A stretch of DNA of 64,000 nt, taken from assembly GCA_002737365.1 (NCBI GenBank), contig NSIL01000004.1, positions 128,019 through 192,018 on the forward strand, in the 5' to 3' direction. Shown here piece by piece: positions 40,348 through 49,518 of the stretch. Position 1 is the stretch's first letter. Each line of letters begins with the position of its first letter. The stretch is from Acidobacterium sp. GTDB taxonomy: Bacteria > Acidobacteriota > Vicinamibacteria > Vicinamibacterales > UBA2999. The notes beneath the pieces are model-generated. The model searched no databases. It was not told the DNA's origin and saw only the letters and a program-made list of their open reading frames with translations. The position numbers and the translations under genes were made by a program.

Positions 40348-41522
40348 GTGGTGGCTCTCGACTTGGTCGTGAAGCCGGCGATGCGGCTCATCGCTTCGCG
40401 GATGAGCGGCAGCGGCTGCAGATAGCTGATCCGGATGTAGTCGCGGCTGGTGTCGCCGAACATCGTACCCGGAAATACCATCACGCCGGTTTCGCGCAGC
40501 AGCCGCTCGCAGAAGTCGGGTGCGGCGAGGCCGGAAGAGGAAATGTTCGTGTAGATGTAGAAGGCGCCGCCGGGGTGTCCGTAGGTGAAACCGGCGGCGG
40601 TCAGTGCCGGCATCAGCCACGCCCGCCGGGCCGCGTAGTCGTCCAGCATCTGCTGCACCGGCTCCTGGGGGCCGGTCAGCGCGGCCAGCGCCGCATACTG
40701 GCTGATGGTGCAGGTGTTGATCGAGAGCGTGTGTCGCGGCTCTGTTACCTTGGCCACGAAATCGCCCGGGGCGGCGAGGTAGCCGACCCGCCAGCCGGTC
40801 ATCGCATAGGTCTTCGAGAAGCCGTTCAGCGTCACCGTGCGGTCGCGCATGCCGGGCAGCGTCGCAATCGACAGGTGCTGATTGGGCGCGTAGATCATGC
40901 GGGCATAGATCTCGTCGGCGACGATGAGCAGGTCGTGCTGCAGCGCCAGGTCGGCGATGGCGCGAATCACGGCCGGTGGTGTGACCGCTCCGGTCGGGTT
41001 GTTGGGCGTAGTCAGCACGAACATCCGCGTGCGCGGGCCGATGCGGGCGGCGATCTCGGCGACGTCGAGTGCGAAGTCGTCTTTCTCGTGGGTCGGCACC
41101 GGCACCGGGACGCCGCCGCACAGGCGCACCGCCGTGTCGTAGGTGGTGAAGCGCGGGCTGGTGATGAGCACCTCGTCGCCCGGCGTGCATAGGCCCAGCA
41201 TCGCGAGCATGATGCCTTCCTGCGCGCCGGCCGTCACCACGATCTCGTCGCTGCCGTAGTCGAGGCCGTGCGCGGCCTTCAGATCGGCGGCAATCGCGGC
41301 GCGCAGGGCCGGCAAGCCGGTGGGGCCGGTGTAGTGATGATGATTGGCGTCGATGGCCGCCTTGGCCGCCGCCACGATGTGCGCCGGGGTGTGGAAATCC
41401 GGATCGCCGCGGCCGAGCGCGATCACGTCCGTCATGCCGGCGGCGAGCGACAGCATGCGCATCCGGAACGCGCCGTCTTCCTCGACGATGCGCGGCGCGA
41501 GCCGCGAGGCGAGCAGACTCAC
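40344..41522 (-). CDS. class I/II PLP-dependent aminotransferase (AspC-like)
   Basis: 392 aa, GTG start overlapping the upstream stop. Blocks GRGDPDFHTP, NPNNPTG, and the PLP-lysine block FSKTYAMTGWRVGY. Confidence 0.9.
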   Translation of the reverse strand: MSLLASRLAPRIVEEDGAFRMRMLSLAAGMTDVIALGRGDPDFHTPAHIVAAAKAAIDANHHHYTGPTGLPALRAAIAADLKAAHGLDYGSDEIVVTAGAQEGIMLAMLGLCTPGDEVLITSPRFTTYDTAVRLCGGVPVPVPTHEKDDFALDVAEIAARIGPRTRMFVLTTPNNPTGAVTPPAVIRAIADLALQHDLLIVADEIYARMIYAPNQHLSIATLPGMRDRTVTLNGFSKTYAMTGWRVGYLAAPGDFVAKVTEPRHTLSINTCTISQYAALAALTGPQEPVQQMLDDYAARRAWLMPALTAAGFTYGHPGGAFYIYTNISSSGLAAPDFCERLLRETGVMVFPGTMFGDTSRDYIRISYLQPLPLIREAMSRIAGFTTKSRATT

Positions 41523-42745
41523 CCGTGCATCCTCTTGCCGGCGACGAAGGTCATGCGGATGCGATCGAGCGCGAAGAGATCCTGGTCGGGATTGCCGTCT
41601 ACCACGATCAGGTCAGCCGCCTTGCCGGCCTCGAGCGTGCCGATGATGGAGTCCATACGCGAGAGCCGCGCCGCCCGAATGGTGATCGAGGCGAGCGCGT
41701 CCATGGCGTCGGCGCACACGCCCACCTTCACCATGTGCGCGAGCTCGGGCGCGATGACGTCGTGTTCGACCGCGGGGCTGCCGGCATCGGTGCCGAAGAC
41801 GATCGATACGCCCGCCCTAGCGGCGCGCACCAGACCCTCGTAGCGGGCCGGATTGGCCACCGCCTTCTGCCGTTCCTCGATCTTCCAGTCGGGAATGCCG
41901 AACTTCTTTGCCACCTCGGGCTGGCTCTGCTGCACGAGAGGCGCGAAGGTCGTCACGATCGGAATCTTCTTTGCGAGGAGCAGGGCTACCGTCGACTCGG
42001 ACATCGAGCCGCCGTGCTCCACGCAGTCGACCCCGAAGCGGGCGACCCGTTCGATGCACGCATCGTAGGTGGCGTGAGCCGTGATCGGCAGGTTGTTGCG
42101 GTGCGCTTCGTCGATGACGGCGTGAAGTTCTTCATCGGTGAACTCCAGCGTGTCGTGACAGGCCATGATCTTGATGAGATCGGCCCCGCCGCGCACCTGC
42201 TCGCGCACGGCTCGCCGCATCTCGTCGGCGCCGCTCGCCTCGCGGCACACCCAGTAGGTGTGGCCGCCGGTCTGGATGATGGCCGCACCGCACACCTTCA
42301 CGCGCGGGCCGGGGAAGATGCCCTGCTCGATGGCCTGCTTCGAGTAGAGGTTCAGGTCGTGGAAGCCGAGGTCGCGGACCATCGTGACGCCGGCGCGCAG
42401 GCTCTTCAGCATGTTGGCCGCGGCCTTGAACACCGAGATCGGCCGCGGGTCGTCCATCGACTGGCGCGCCAGGTCGTGAATGCCGTCCCAGTTCAGGTGC
42501 GCGTGGCTGTTGATGAGGCCGGGCATGATCGTGCCGCCGGTCTCAATCACCGGGGCATCGCTGGCCGGCCGTGCTGCCCGCGCGCCGACCGCGACGATCT
42601 TGCCGGCCTTCAGCTCGACGAAGCCGTCCTCGATGAGCGGGCCGGCCATCGTCAGCACCCGGCCCGTCAGCACCAGGTGCGGCAGCGGCAGGTCGAACAT
42701 GGGCTTGGTGATCTTCTGGTAGCGCCAGGCGGCAGGCTCGGGCAT
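41519..42745 (-). CDS. amidohydrolase-superfamily metallohydrolase
   Basis: About 408 aa from ATG 42745 with GAAGGAG 7 nt upstream. HxH motif LINSHAHL, plus ...ADLIKIMA..., ...ITAHA..., ...VEHG..., ...FGTDAG.... Confidence 0.88.
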   Translation of the reverse strand: MPEPAAWRYQKITKPMFDLPLPHLVLTGRVLTMAGPLIEDGFVELKAGKIVAVGARAARPASDAPVIETGGTIMPGLINSHAHLNWDGIHDLARQSMDDPRPISVFKAAANMLKSLRAGVTMVRDLGFHDLNLYSKQAIEQGIFPGPRVKVCGAAIIQTGGHTYWVCREASGADEMRRAVREQVRGGADLIKIMACHDTLEFTDEELHAVIDEAHRNNLPITAHATYDACIERVARFGVDCVEHGGSMSESTVALLLAKKIPIVTTFAPLVQQSQPEVAKKFGIPDWKIEERQKAVANPARYEGLVRAARAGVSIVFGTDAGSPAVEHDVIAPELAHMVKVGVCADAMDALASITIRAARLSRMDSIIGTLEAGKAADLIVVDGNPDQDLFALDRIRMTFVAGKRMHG

Positions 42746-42764
42746 GGGAAAGGCTCCTTCGGAC

Positions 42765-43946
42765 TCAGAGGGGCAACACGCGCCGGTCGATCGGGTGCGT
42801 GGATTGAAAGCGGCTGGCAACCTCGACGGCGCCGTCGCCGACGATGAGCGTGTCGATGGTGCGCCAGCCGTCACGGGACGGGCGATAGACGCCCGGCTCG
42901 CACGAAAATACCATCCCGGCGGCCGCCGGGGTGTGGTCGCCGGGAGCCAGCCACGGCGCTTCGTGGCCCTCGACACCCATGCCGTGCCCGATGCGGTGGC
43001 GAATCACCTCGCCGAACCCGGCCGCGCGAATCGGCGCCAGCGCGGCGGCGTTGACCTCGGCACAGGTGCGCCCGCGCGCCAGCGCGTCGACGGTGGCGCG
43101 GTTCGCTTCGTCCATCGCTTGCATGACGGCGCGCTGCTCAAGGCTGATCGCGCCGCAGACCAGCGTGACGCCACTTTCGGCGTGATAGCCACCGAGGCTG
43201 CAGCCGATGCCGGCAATCACCGGCTCGCCGGCACGCGGGCGGCGGCCGAGGACGGCGCCGTGCGGCAGCGCGGCGCGCGGGCCGGAGTGCACCGATGCCG
43301 TGATGCCGACCTTCGTGCCCTGGAACGCGGCGCCGTGCGTGGCCACGAGGGCGGCGCGGGCGTGGCCGGTGCAGTCCGCCATCAGATCCAGCTCGGTGGC
43401 CCCCTGGCGGATGAGGTCGGCGCCAGCGGCGAGCAACCGTTCGAGGACGAGGTCGGCGAACCGTGCCGCTTCGCGGATAAGGGCGAGCTCGTCGTCGTGC
43501 TTCACCGCGCGTTCGGGGCGCACGTGGTCCGCTAGGTCGAGGTGAGTCAGGCGGGCCCGGGCGGCCTCGAGCAGACGCGCCTCGAGCGCGTCGATGCCGA
43601 GGCGCCGGGCGCCGGTCTCGCCGATCATCCACAACGCCGGCGGCACGTCGCCTGGGAACTCGTCGTAGGCCGTGACGGCCACGCCGGGCACGTCGCGCGC
43701 GTTCTCGAGCTCGAGGTGCGGCACGAGCAGTCGTGCTTCGCCGTCCACCGGTACCCACAGGCCCATCGGGCGTTCATTCACCGAGAAGTGCCAGCCCGTG
43801 GCGTAGGTCACGTTCCCGGCCGCCAGGACCAGCAGGCCGTCGAGGCCCGCCGCCGCGGCGCGTGCCCGCAGGCGATCGCGGACGGCGGCCCGGAGGGCCG
43901 GCGCTATCGGCGCCAGTGGCGCCCGGACCGGCGCGGCCGATGTCAC
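42765..43946 (-). CDS. M24-family metallopeptidase (Xaa-Pro dipeptidase / creatinase / ectoine-hydrolase-like)
   Basis: About 393 aa from GTG 43946 (GTGA overlap with the upstream stop). Pita-bread metal-ligand blocks ...VHSGPRAALPHG..., ...HRIGHGMGVEGHEAPWL..., ...MVFSCEPGVY.... Confidence 0.88.
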   Translation of the reverse strand: MTSAAPVRAPLAPIAPALRAAVRDRLRARAAAAGLDGLLVLAAGNVTYATGWHFSVNERPMGLWVPVDGEARLLVPHLELENARDVPGVAVTAYDEFPGDVPPALWMIGETGARRLGIDALEARLLEAARARLTHLDLADHVRPERAVKHDDELALIREAARFADLVLERLLAAGADLIRQGATELDLMADCTGHARAALVATHGAAFQGTKVGITASVHSGPRAALPHGAVLGRRPRAGEPVIAGIGCSLGGYHAESGVTLVCGAISLEQRAVMQAMDEANRATVDALARGRTCAEVNAAALAPIRAAGFGEVIRHRIGHGMGVEGHEAPWLAPGDHTPAAAGMVFSCEPGVYRPSRDGWRTIDTLIVGDGAVEVASRFQSTHPIDRRVLPL

Positions 43947-45022
43947 AGTCGCGCCTCGCGCCACGGCCCGACGACGCTGAGCGTCTCGGCCACGCCGAGC
44001 TCGAGGCCGAGCGCCGTGAGATCGGTGAGCACGTCGTTGTCGAGCGGCACACCCACGGCGAGCTTGGTGGCCACGCGCCGGGCCTCCTGCTCGCCGGGCA
44101 GCAGCACTTCCTCGACGCCGGGGCGCAGCGCCCGCGACTTCACCATCCGCGCGAAATCGTCCATCCGCCGCTTGAACTCGGCCAGCGGCATGAACCACTC
44201 GATGTCGATGGCGGTGAGTGTGTGGCTCACATCCAGCTTGCCTGGGTCGGCGTAGGGCGTGAGACCGTAGCCGCCTCCGCCGATGACGCCGGTGAGCACG
44301 TCGGTCATGAACGCGAGGCCGTAGCCCTTGTAGGTGCCGATGCCGAGCAGCGCGCCGGTCATGGCCGCATTCGGGTCATTGGTCTCGTGTCCGTCGGGCG
44401 TGAGCGCCCAGTCGAGCGGCATCGGCCGGCCCTCGCGTGCGTGCCACTGCATCATGCCCTTGCCAGCGGTTGTGAGCGCGATGTCGAGCACCGCCGGAAA
44501 GCCGAGGCCCGTCGGGGCGGCGATGCCCCAGGGGTTGGTGCCGACCGCGCCCTCGTGCGCGCCCCACGGCGCCATCTCGGGTCCGGCGTTGGTGAAGGCG
44601 ATGCCCAGGCAGCCCGCATCGGAGGCCTGACAGGCGTGCACGGCACTCGACCCGAAGTGGGTCGAGTTGCGAACGACCACCTGGCCGATGCCGCAGACCT
44701 TCGCCTTGGCGACGGCAAGCGTCATCGCCCGAGCCGCGGCCACGGTGCCGATGCCGTTGTGCGCATCGACCAGGGCCAGGGCCGGACTCTCCTTGACGAT
44801 TTCCCACGGCGCTCGCGGATCGACCTGCCGGCTGCTGAGACGCTGCTGATAGCGGCGCAGCCGGCGCACACCCTGGCCGTGGCCGGGATGAAAGCGGAGC
44901 TCTGAGAAGACCAACGCGCGGCCGAAGATGCTGGCGTCCTCATCGGGCAGGCCGAGGGCGCGGAAGACCGCGATCGTGAACGCTTCGAGGCTGTCGCGGG
45001 TGACGGACGTGAGTGAAATCAT
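43943..45022 (-). CDS. Ldh_2-family (malate/L-lactate/ureidoglycolate dehydrogenase; Pyr2C/Pip2C reductase family) oxidoreductase
   Basis: 359 aa. Family blocks ...HNGIGTVAA..., ...VRNSTHFG..., ...AFTNAGP.MAPWG...GTNPW..AAP.... First gene of the minus-strand operon. Confidence 0.88.
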   Translation of the reverse strand: MISLTSVTRDSLEAFTIAVFRALGLPDEDASIFGRALVFSELRFHPGHGQGVRRLRRYQQRLSSRQVDPRAPWEIVKESPALALVDAHNGIGTVAAARAMTLAVAKAKVCGIGQVVVRNSTHFGSSAVHACQASDAGCLGIAFTNAGPEMAPWGAHEGAVGTNPWGIAAPTGLGFPAVLDIALTTAGKGMMQWHAREGRPMPLDWALTPDGHETNDPNAAMTGALLGIGTYKGYGLAFMTDVLTGVIGGGGYGLTPYADPGKLDVSHTLTAIDIEWFMPLAEFKRRMDDFARMVKSRALRPGVEEVLLPGEQEARRVATKLAVGVPLDNDVLTDLTALGLELGVAETLSVVGPWREARL

Positions 45023-45389
45023 TGGCTACCGGAGTGACGCCGGCACCACACACAGCCGGCCGCCGTCACAACGCTCTCTAGAATACACGGGCCAGCGCGC
45101 CGACGACCGCCGCGCCGCTCTGTAGTCAGCCCATCTCCCGCCGCCCGCAAATGCAGGAAATGCGACACGCGTGCGTCGCACCTACGTCGAGATTGCTTCG
45201 GCGCAACTGCAGGTCACGACAATGCCGCACGCGGATTCACCGCCGCCTTCGGCACGCGACCTGCCGTAGTCCGCGACGGTGACCCTGCCGTCGGTCGACT
45301 CGCCCGGCGAGACCTAGCGGCGGACCTGTTGAATCGTGTGGTACGCGGGCACAATTTACTCATGGTGGTGAGTCAATCATACTCGTGCA

Positions 45390-45638
45390 ATAAGTAAGCG
45401 GCTGCAAGTCCTCCTAGACGAGGCTGAATGTCTCGAACTGCAGCAGGTGGCCGGCCGACGTCGCATGACGGTGGCCGCGTGGGTGCGTGAGACGTTGCGG
45501 GCGGTACGGCAGCGCGAGCCAGTCGGGGACGTGGCGGCCAAGCTTGCTGCGGTGCGAGCGGCTGGCCGGCACGCCTTTCCGACAGCCGACACGGTGGATG
45601 ACATGAATGCTGAGATCCAGCGTGGCTACCTCGCATGA
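45390..45638 (+). pseudogene. ribbon-helix-helix (CopG/VapB-like) antitoxin gene with apparently lost start codon
   Basis: In-frame reading after the TGA at 45369 gives (ATA)[41 protein letters not shown].... The RHH strand-helix region lies upstream of the first usable start (GTG 45447). There is no ATG/GTG/TTG between 45372 and 45446. The ATA at 45390 sits where an ATG would be expected. Confidence 0.55.
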
Positions 45639-46033
45639 TCCTCGTCGATGCGAACGTGCCGATGTAACTGGTCGGCGCCCCGCATCCGCTCAAGGTCGAT
45701 AGCCAGCGTCTGCTGGAGCAGCTCCTCTCAGAACGGGAACGCCTGGTGACCGACGCCGAGCTGCTGCAGGAGATTCTCCACCGCTACGTCGCGGTGAATC
45801 GTCGCGACGCCATTCAACCGGCGTTCGACGCGTTGCTCGGCATCGTGGACGACGTCCTGCCCATCGATGCCGCGATCATGGAACGCGCCAAAACGATCGT
45901 GCTGGCCCGCGCGCAACTCTCGGCCAGGGATGCGACCATGCCGCGGTGATGGCCGAACATGGCATCGCCCGCATCCTGAGCTTCGACCACGGCTTCGACG
46001 GCCTGCCAAGGTGTCCAGCGCATCGGTAGCTGA
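45635..46033 (+). pseudogene. PIN-domain (VapC-like) toxin gene, inactivated
   Basis: ATG 45635 overlaps the antitoxin stop (ATGA). Reading gives [13 protein letters not shown](45665)-LVGAPHPLK...[14 protein letters not shown]...LSARDA, then a -1 shift near 45932-36, [24 protein letters not shown], a second shift near 46010, and GVQRIGS-TGA(46031-33). The reconstructed length of about 133 aa is typical for VapC. Confidence 0.75.
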
Positions 46034-46120
46034 CGAAGCCGTAGCGGACGATCTTGGAGGCCGCGCCGGTCCTGCAGTGGATGGGGCCACCGCCCCCGCT
46101 ATAGGCCGTCGCGAGATCGG

Positions 46121-47008
46121 CTACGGCTCGAGCGCCAGCAGGTCGGCGAGGTTGGCACCGGGTGCGTCGAAGCTGCCGAGTTCTCCGGCCGGAGCCGTCA
46201 GCAGTACGGTGATGCCCGGGCCGTAGCCGGCGCGCGGACCATCCGTGCTGCAGACGACGCCGATGGCGCGGGCGCCGGTGAGATACCCGTGATTGAAGCG
46301 GCTGTCGGTGTCATCGAGAGCCACGATGTCGCCGAGACGCAGCCGATCCAGCCCGAGCTCTTGCAGCAGCTCTCGATCAGTGGTTTGCAAGTGGACGCTG
46401 CCGCCTTCTGACGTCAGTCCGAGACCGGCGCCCACGAGATGGGCCGGGATGCGTGCCGTCACGCCGATGAGCACGCGCCCGTCCTCCTCGCGTGCGGGTA
46501 GCACGTCGATCAAATCGGGGGACAGGCTGCGGAGCGCAATGGCCGGGTGCGCCGTGAACTTCATGCCGACGCCCTCGGCGCGCACCACGATCTGGTCGCC
46601 CACGGCCATCTTCCCGCGGGCCGCCTTGGGCAGATGGACGATCAGCTGTTCCGAGAAGCGGCCCGACTTGCCGGTGACGATGCCGCGCGTGCCGGCCGCT
46701 TGGCCGGTCATCACCGTGGCGCGATTGCCCACGCACGCATAGGTGATGAGGCCGCGGTTCTTCATGTCGTCGGCCTGGCGAATGCTCGCGCCCGGGTGAA
46801 TGCAGTCGGCGGCCCAGCCAAACGCGCGGTCACCCACCGACACGTTGTAGACGAGGCCGCCCCACGCGGGCAGCAGGAACGCGGTGCCATCGGCGGCCAG
46901 CCGGTACGGCTCGGCCGGCAACGCCGGCAGGCTCGGATGCGCGACGGCGCCGGCGACCGAGACGGCAATAAGGTCGGCACGATTGCTCGCAATCATCTTG
47001 GCGGTCAT
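46121..47008 (-). CDS. conserved hypothetical protein, DUF4438-like (paralog B)
   Basis: 295 aa from ATG 47008 (ATGA overlap with paralog A). Shares blocks with paralog A: VYN..VGDRAFGWAAD...PG.SI, RG.VTG, RLGD..A..D.D.RF, GPGI..L.T.P. The DUF4438 name is from memory and unverified. Confidence 0.7.
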   Translation of the reverse strand: MTAKMIASNRADLIAVSVAGAVAHPSLPALPAEPYRLAADGTAFLLPAWGGLVYNVSVGDRAFGWAADCIHPGASIRQADDMKNRGLITYACVGNRATVMTGQAAGTRGIVTGKSGRFSEQLIVHLPKAARGKMAVGDQIVVRAEGVGMKFTAHPAIALRSLSPDLIDVLPAREEDGRVLIGVTARIPAHLVGAGLGLTSEGGSVHLQTTDRELLQELGLDRLRLGDIVALDDTDSRFNHGYLTGARAIGVVCSTDGPRAGYGPGITVLLTAPAGELGSFDAPGANLADLLALEP

Positions 47009-47874
47009 GACGGCTTCCGTATGGCGAGCGTGGTGGCGATGTTGGCGCTCGGGTCGATAGTGAAGCCCAGGGCGTCCTCCGGACCGGTGATGAGCGTGAG
47101 GATGCCCGGACCGTGTCCCGTCAGCACCGAATCGCCGTGAATGCACAGACAAATAGCCACCCAGCCGCGGCGGTACGATCGGCCGAAGCGATGGTCGACA
47201 TCGCGGATGGCGATGAGATCGCCGAGCCGCATTTGATCGATGCCCAGTTCGGCCATCAGCGCCCGGTCGCCCGACATCAGGTCCTGATCGACGAACTCGG
47301 CGTTCAATTCGGCGCCTGAGCCCATGATGCGAGCCGGCAGCTCCATGGCCACGGGACAGATGACCCGGCCGCCGTCCACCCTGAGGCCGAATGCCTCGGC
47401 CAGGGCCGGACTGGTCTTCTTGAACTCGAGCGCGGAATGACCGTCGAGTCGCAGGCCGCGGCCCGTGGCCCGAATCTGGACCGTGTCGCCGATGGTCATC
47501 CGTTCAAGGACCTCTGGCTCGAAATCCACGAGCAGCCGCGCGTGTTCGCCGGTCACGACGCCGCGGGCGCCGCGTGCGAGGCCGCTTGTGACCTCGGCGC
47601 CGTTACCGATGCAGGTCAGGTAATGGAGGGCGTAGTCAGCGCGTTCGTCAGCGTGGGTGATCGACACGCCGGGCTCCAGATGGTCGGCGGCCCAGCCGAA
47701 CGCCCGATCACCGACGCGGGCGTTGTAGACGATGCCGTACATCCCCGGGAGGGTCGTGGCCCTGCCGTCGGGCCAGTGCAGGTAGGCACCCTGTCGGATT
47801 GCCGGTTGGCTCACCTGGCCCGTGACGGCCATCTCGACCAGGTCGCTGGTGTTCCACGTCAGGCCGTCGTGCAT
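47005..47874 (-). CDS. conserved hypothetical protein, DUF4438-like (paralog A)
   Basis: 289 aa from ATG 47874 (MHDGLTWNTSDLVEM...). Clear paralog of 46121..47008. Divergent from the plus-strand operon across a 91-bp spacer. Confidence 0.7.
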   Translation of the reverse strand: MHDGLTWNTSDLVEMAVTGQVSQPAIRQGAYLHWPDGRATTLPGMYGIVYNARVGDRAFGWAADHLEPGVSITHADERADYALHYLTCIGNGAEVTSGLARGARGVVTGEHARLLVDFEPEVLERMTIGDTVQIRATGRGLRLDGHSALEFKKTSPALAEAFGLRVDGGRVICPVAMELPARIMGSGAELNAEFVDQDLMSGDRALMAELGIDQMRLGDLIAIRDVDHRFGRSYRRGWVAICLCIHGDSVLTGHGPGILTLITGPEDALGFTIDPSANIATTLAIRKPS

Positions 47875-47904
47875 GCGTCCTCTCGCGTTTGGCGCGCAAG
47901 CCGG

Positions 47905-47932
47905 TTGGCTTGTCGCCGGTCGACAATATACA
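47905..47932 (+). promoter_or_regulatory. candidate sigma70-like promoter of the 15-gene plus-strand operon
   Basis: TTGGCT (47905-10), 16-nt spacer, TATACA (47927-32), 34 nt upstream of ATG 47966. It overlaps the only AT-rich patch (ACAATATACACTGT, partly palindromic) in the divergent spacer. Confidence 0.3.
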
Positions 47933-47965
47933 CTGTTCGCCGCTGGTGCCGCCGCCAATCGCGCG

Positions 47966-49513
47966 ATGGCCGGGAAGAAGGTCTCCGAGACGATGGGTTA
48001 CGCCGCATTTCTGGAACGGGTCGGGCAGGTCAACGACCTGATCATTGCCAAGCAGATTCTGGCATGGGACGCGCGCACGATGATGCCGCCCGGGGGCGCC
48101 GCGACACGCGCCAAGCAAGAGGCCACGCTGATGGTGATGGCCCGCGACCTGCTGGTGTCGGACGACACTCGGCGGCTGCTCGACCAGGCCGAGGCCGAGA
48201 CAGCCGGACGTGCGGCCGACAGCGTCGAGCGCGCCAACTGCGCCCAGGCCCGGGAGGCTATCGACTATCACCTGCGGATTCCCGGCGCGCTCGTGGCCAA
48301 ACGTGCCGAACTCGGCGCCATCGGCCATGAGGTGTGGGCGCATGCGCGGGCCGAGAGCAACTTCGCCGCCTTCGTGCCCACGCTCGAAGAAACGGTGGCG
48401 CTCAACCGCGAGATGGCCGAGTACATCGGCTATGCCGCGCATCCCTATGACGCCCTGATGTACCGGTTCGAGCCGGGCGAGACCGTCGCCTCGCTGCAGC
48501 CGCTCTTTGCCACGCTGCGCGCCGCGATGCTGCCGCTCGTCGGCGCGATCGGCCAGCGCCCGGCGCCGCGGCTCGACTTCCTGCAACGCGCCTATCCGCG
48601 CGAGGCGCAGCTGGCCTTCGGCCTCTCGATGGCGAAGAAGATCGGCTACGACCTCCACCGCGGCCGTCTCGATACCACCGTGCACCCCTTCGAGGTGTCG
48701 TTCACGAGGAACGACGTCCGCATCACCACCCGCATCAACGAGCGGTGGATGCCGTCGAGCCTGTTCGGCTCGCTGCACGAGGCCGGACACGCCCTCTACG
48801 AGCAGTACGCCGACCCGGCCTTTGTGCGCACACCGCTCGCCACTGACCTCGTGGGCCTGTACGCCGTGAGCGGGGTGAGCTTCGGCGCGCATGAGAGCCA
48901 GTCGCGGCTCTTCGAGAATCACGTCGGCCGCAGCCGCGAGTTCTGGGACCTGAACTTCCCGGAAGCGCGCGCCGCCTTTCCGGAGCAGCTGGCCGATGTC
49001 GACGTCGAGACGTTCTGGCGCGGCGTGAACCGCGTGGCCCCCGGGCTCATCCGCGTGGAGGCTGACGAGCTGACGTACGACTTCCACATCATGCTGCGTG
49101 TGGAGATCGAAGCCGCCCTCGTCGACGGCAGCCTCAAGGTCACCGACCTGCCCGAGGCCTGGAACGCCAAGATCAAGGAATACCTGGGTCTCGAGGTGCC
49201 GAACGATCGGCTCGGCGTGCTGCAAGACGTGCACTGGTCGTCGGGCCAGATCGGTACCTTCTGCAACTACACCATCGGCAACGTGATGGCCGGCCAGCTC
49301 TTCGAGGCGGCCGTGAAGGACCCGCGCGTCTCTACCGGGCTGTCGACGGCCGACTACACGCCGCTACGCGAGTGGATGACCGAACACGTGCACCAGCACG
49401 GCCGTCGCTACACCCGCAACGAACTGCTTGTGCGGGCCACCGGCCGCACGCTCGATCCCGCGCCCTACATCGCGCACCTGACGAGCAAATACTCGACCAT
49501 CTACGGACTGTGA
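47966..49513 (+). CDS. M32-family carboxypeptidase (Taq-type thermostable carboxypeptidase 1 family)
   Basis: About 515 aa from ATG 47966. All M32 signature blocks are visible: HEAGHALYEQ (HExxH), HESQSRLFEN, IRVEADELTY, GVLQDVHWS. Confidence 0.92.
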   Translation: MAGKKVSETMGYAAFLERVGQVNDLIIAKQILAWDARTMMPPGGAATRAKQEATLMVMARDLLVSDDTRRLLDQAEAETAGRAADSVERANCAQAREAIDYHLRIPGALVAKRAELGAIGHEVWAHARAESNFAAFVPTLEETVALNREMAEYIGYAAHPYDALMYRFEPGETVASLQPLFATLRAAMLPLVGAIGQRPAPRLDFLQRAYPREAQLAFGLSMAKKIGYDLHRGRLDTTVHPFEVSFTRNDVRITTRINERWMPSSLFGSLHEAGHALYEQYADPAFVRTPLATDLVGLYAVSGVSFGAHESQSRLFENHVGRSREFWDLNFPEARAAFPEQLADVDVETFWRGVNRVAPGLIRVEADELTYDFHIMLRVEIEAALVDGSLKVTDLPEAWNAKIKEYLGLEVPNDRLGVLQDVHWSSGQIGTFCNYTIGNVMAGQLFEAAVKDPRVSTGLSTADYTPLREWMTEHVHQHGRRYTRNELLVRATGRTLDPAPYIAHLTSKYSTIYGL

Positions 49514-49518
49514 CCCCA

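Noticed and set aside
38923-41190. 755-aa track ORF read as a single protein
   Set aside because: The N-terminal 281 residues are an out-of-frame overlap of the aminotransferase gene (Arg/Pro/His-rich). The credible protein begins at ATG 40347, which overlaps the aminotransferase stop.
41525-42847. 440-aa plus-strand ORF
   Set aside because: Antisense to the amidohydrolase, whose HxH and other ligand blocks are in the minus frame.
45023-45372. A ~350-bp gene-free stretch upstream of the Ldh_2 operon, considered as an ncRNA or riboswitch
   Set aside because: It contains only short imperfect inverted repeats (e.g. TGCGAC-n8-GTCGCA near 45163-45182). I could recognise no known riboswitch core and no tRNA-like cloverleaf. 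It most likely holds the operon promoter and leader plus eroded DNA next to the dead TA module. An Rfam/Infernal scan would settle it.
47708-49234. 508-aa minus-strand ORF
   Set aside because: Antisense to the M32 carboxypeptidase, which has four signature motifs in the plus frame.
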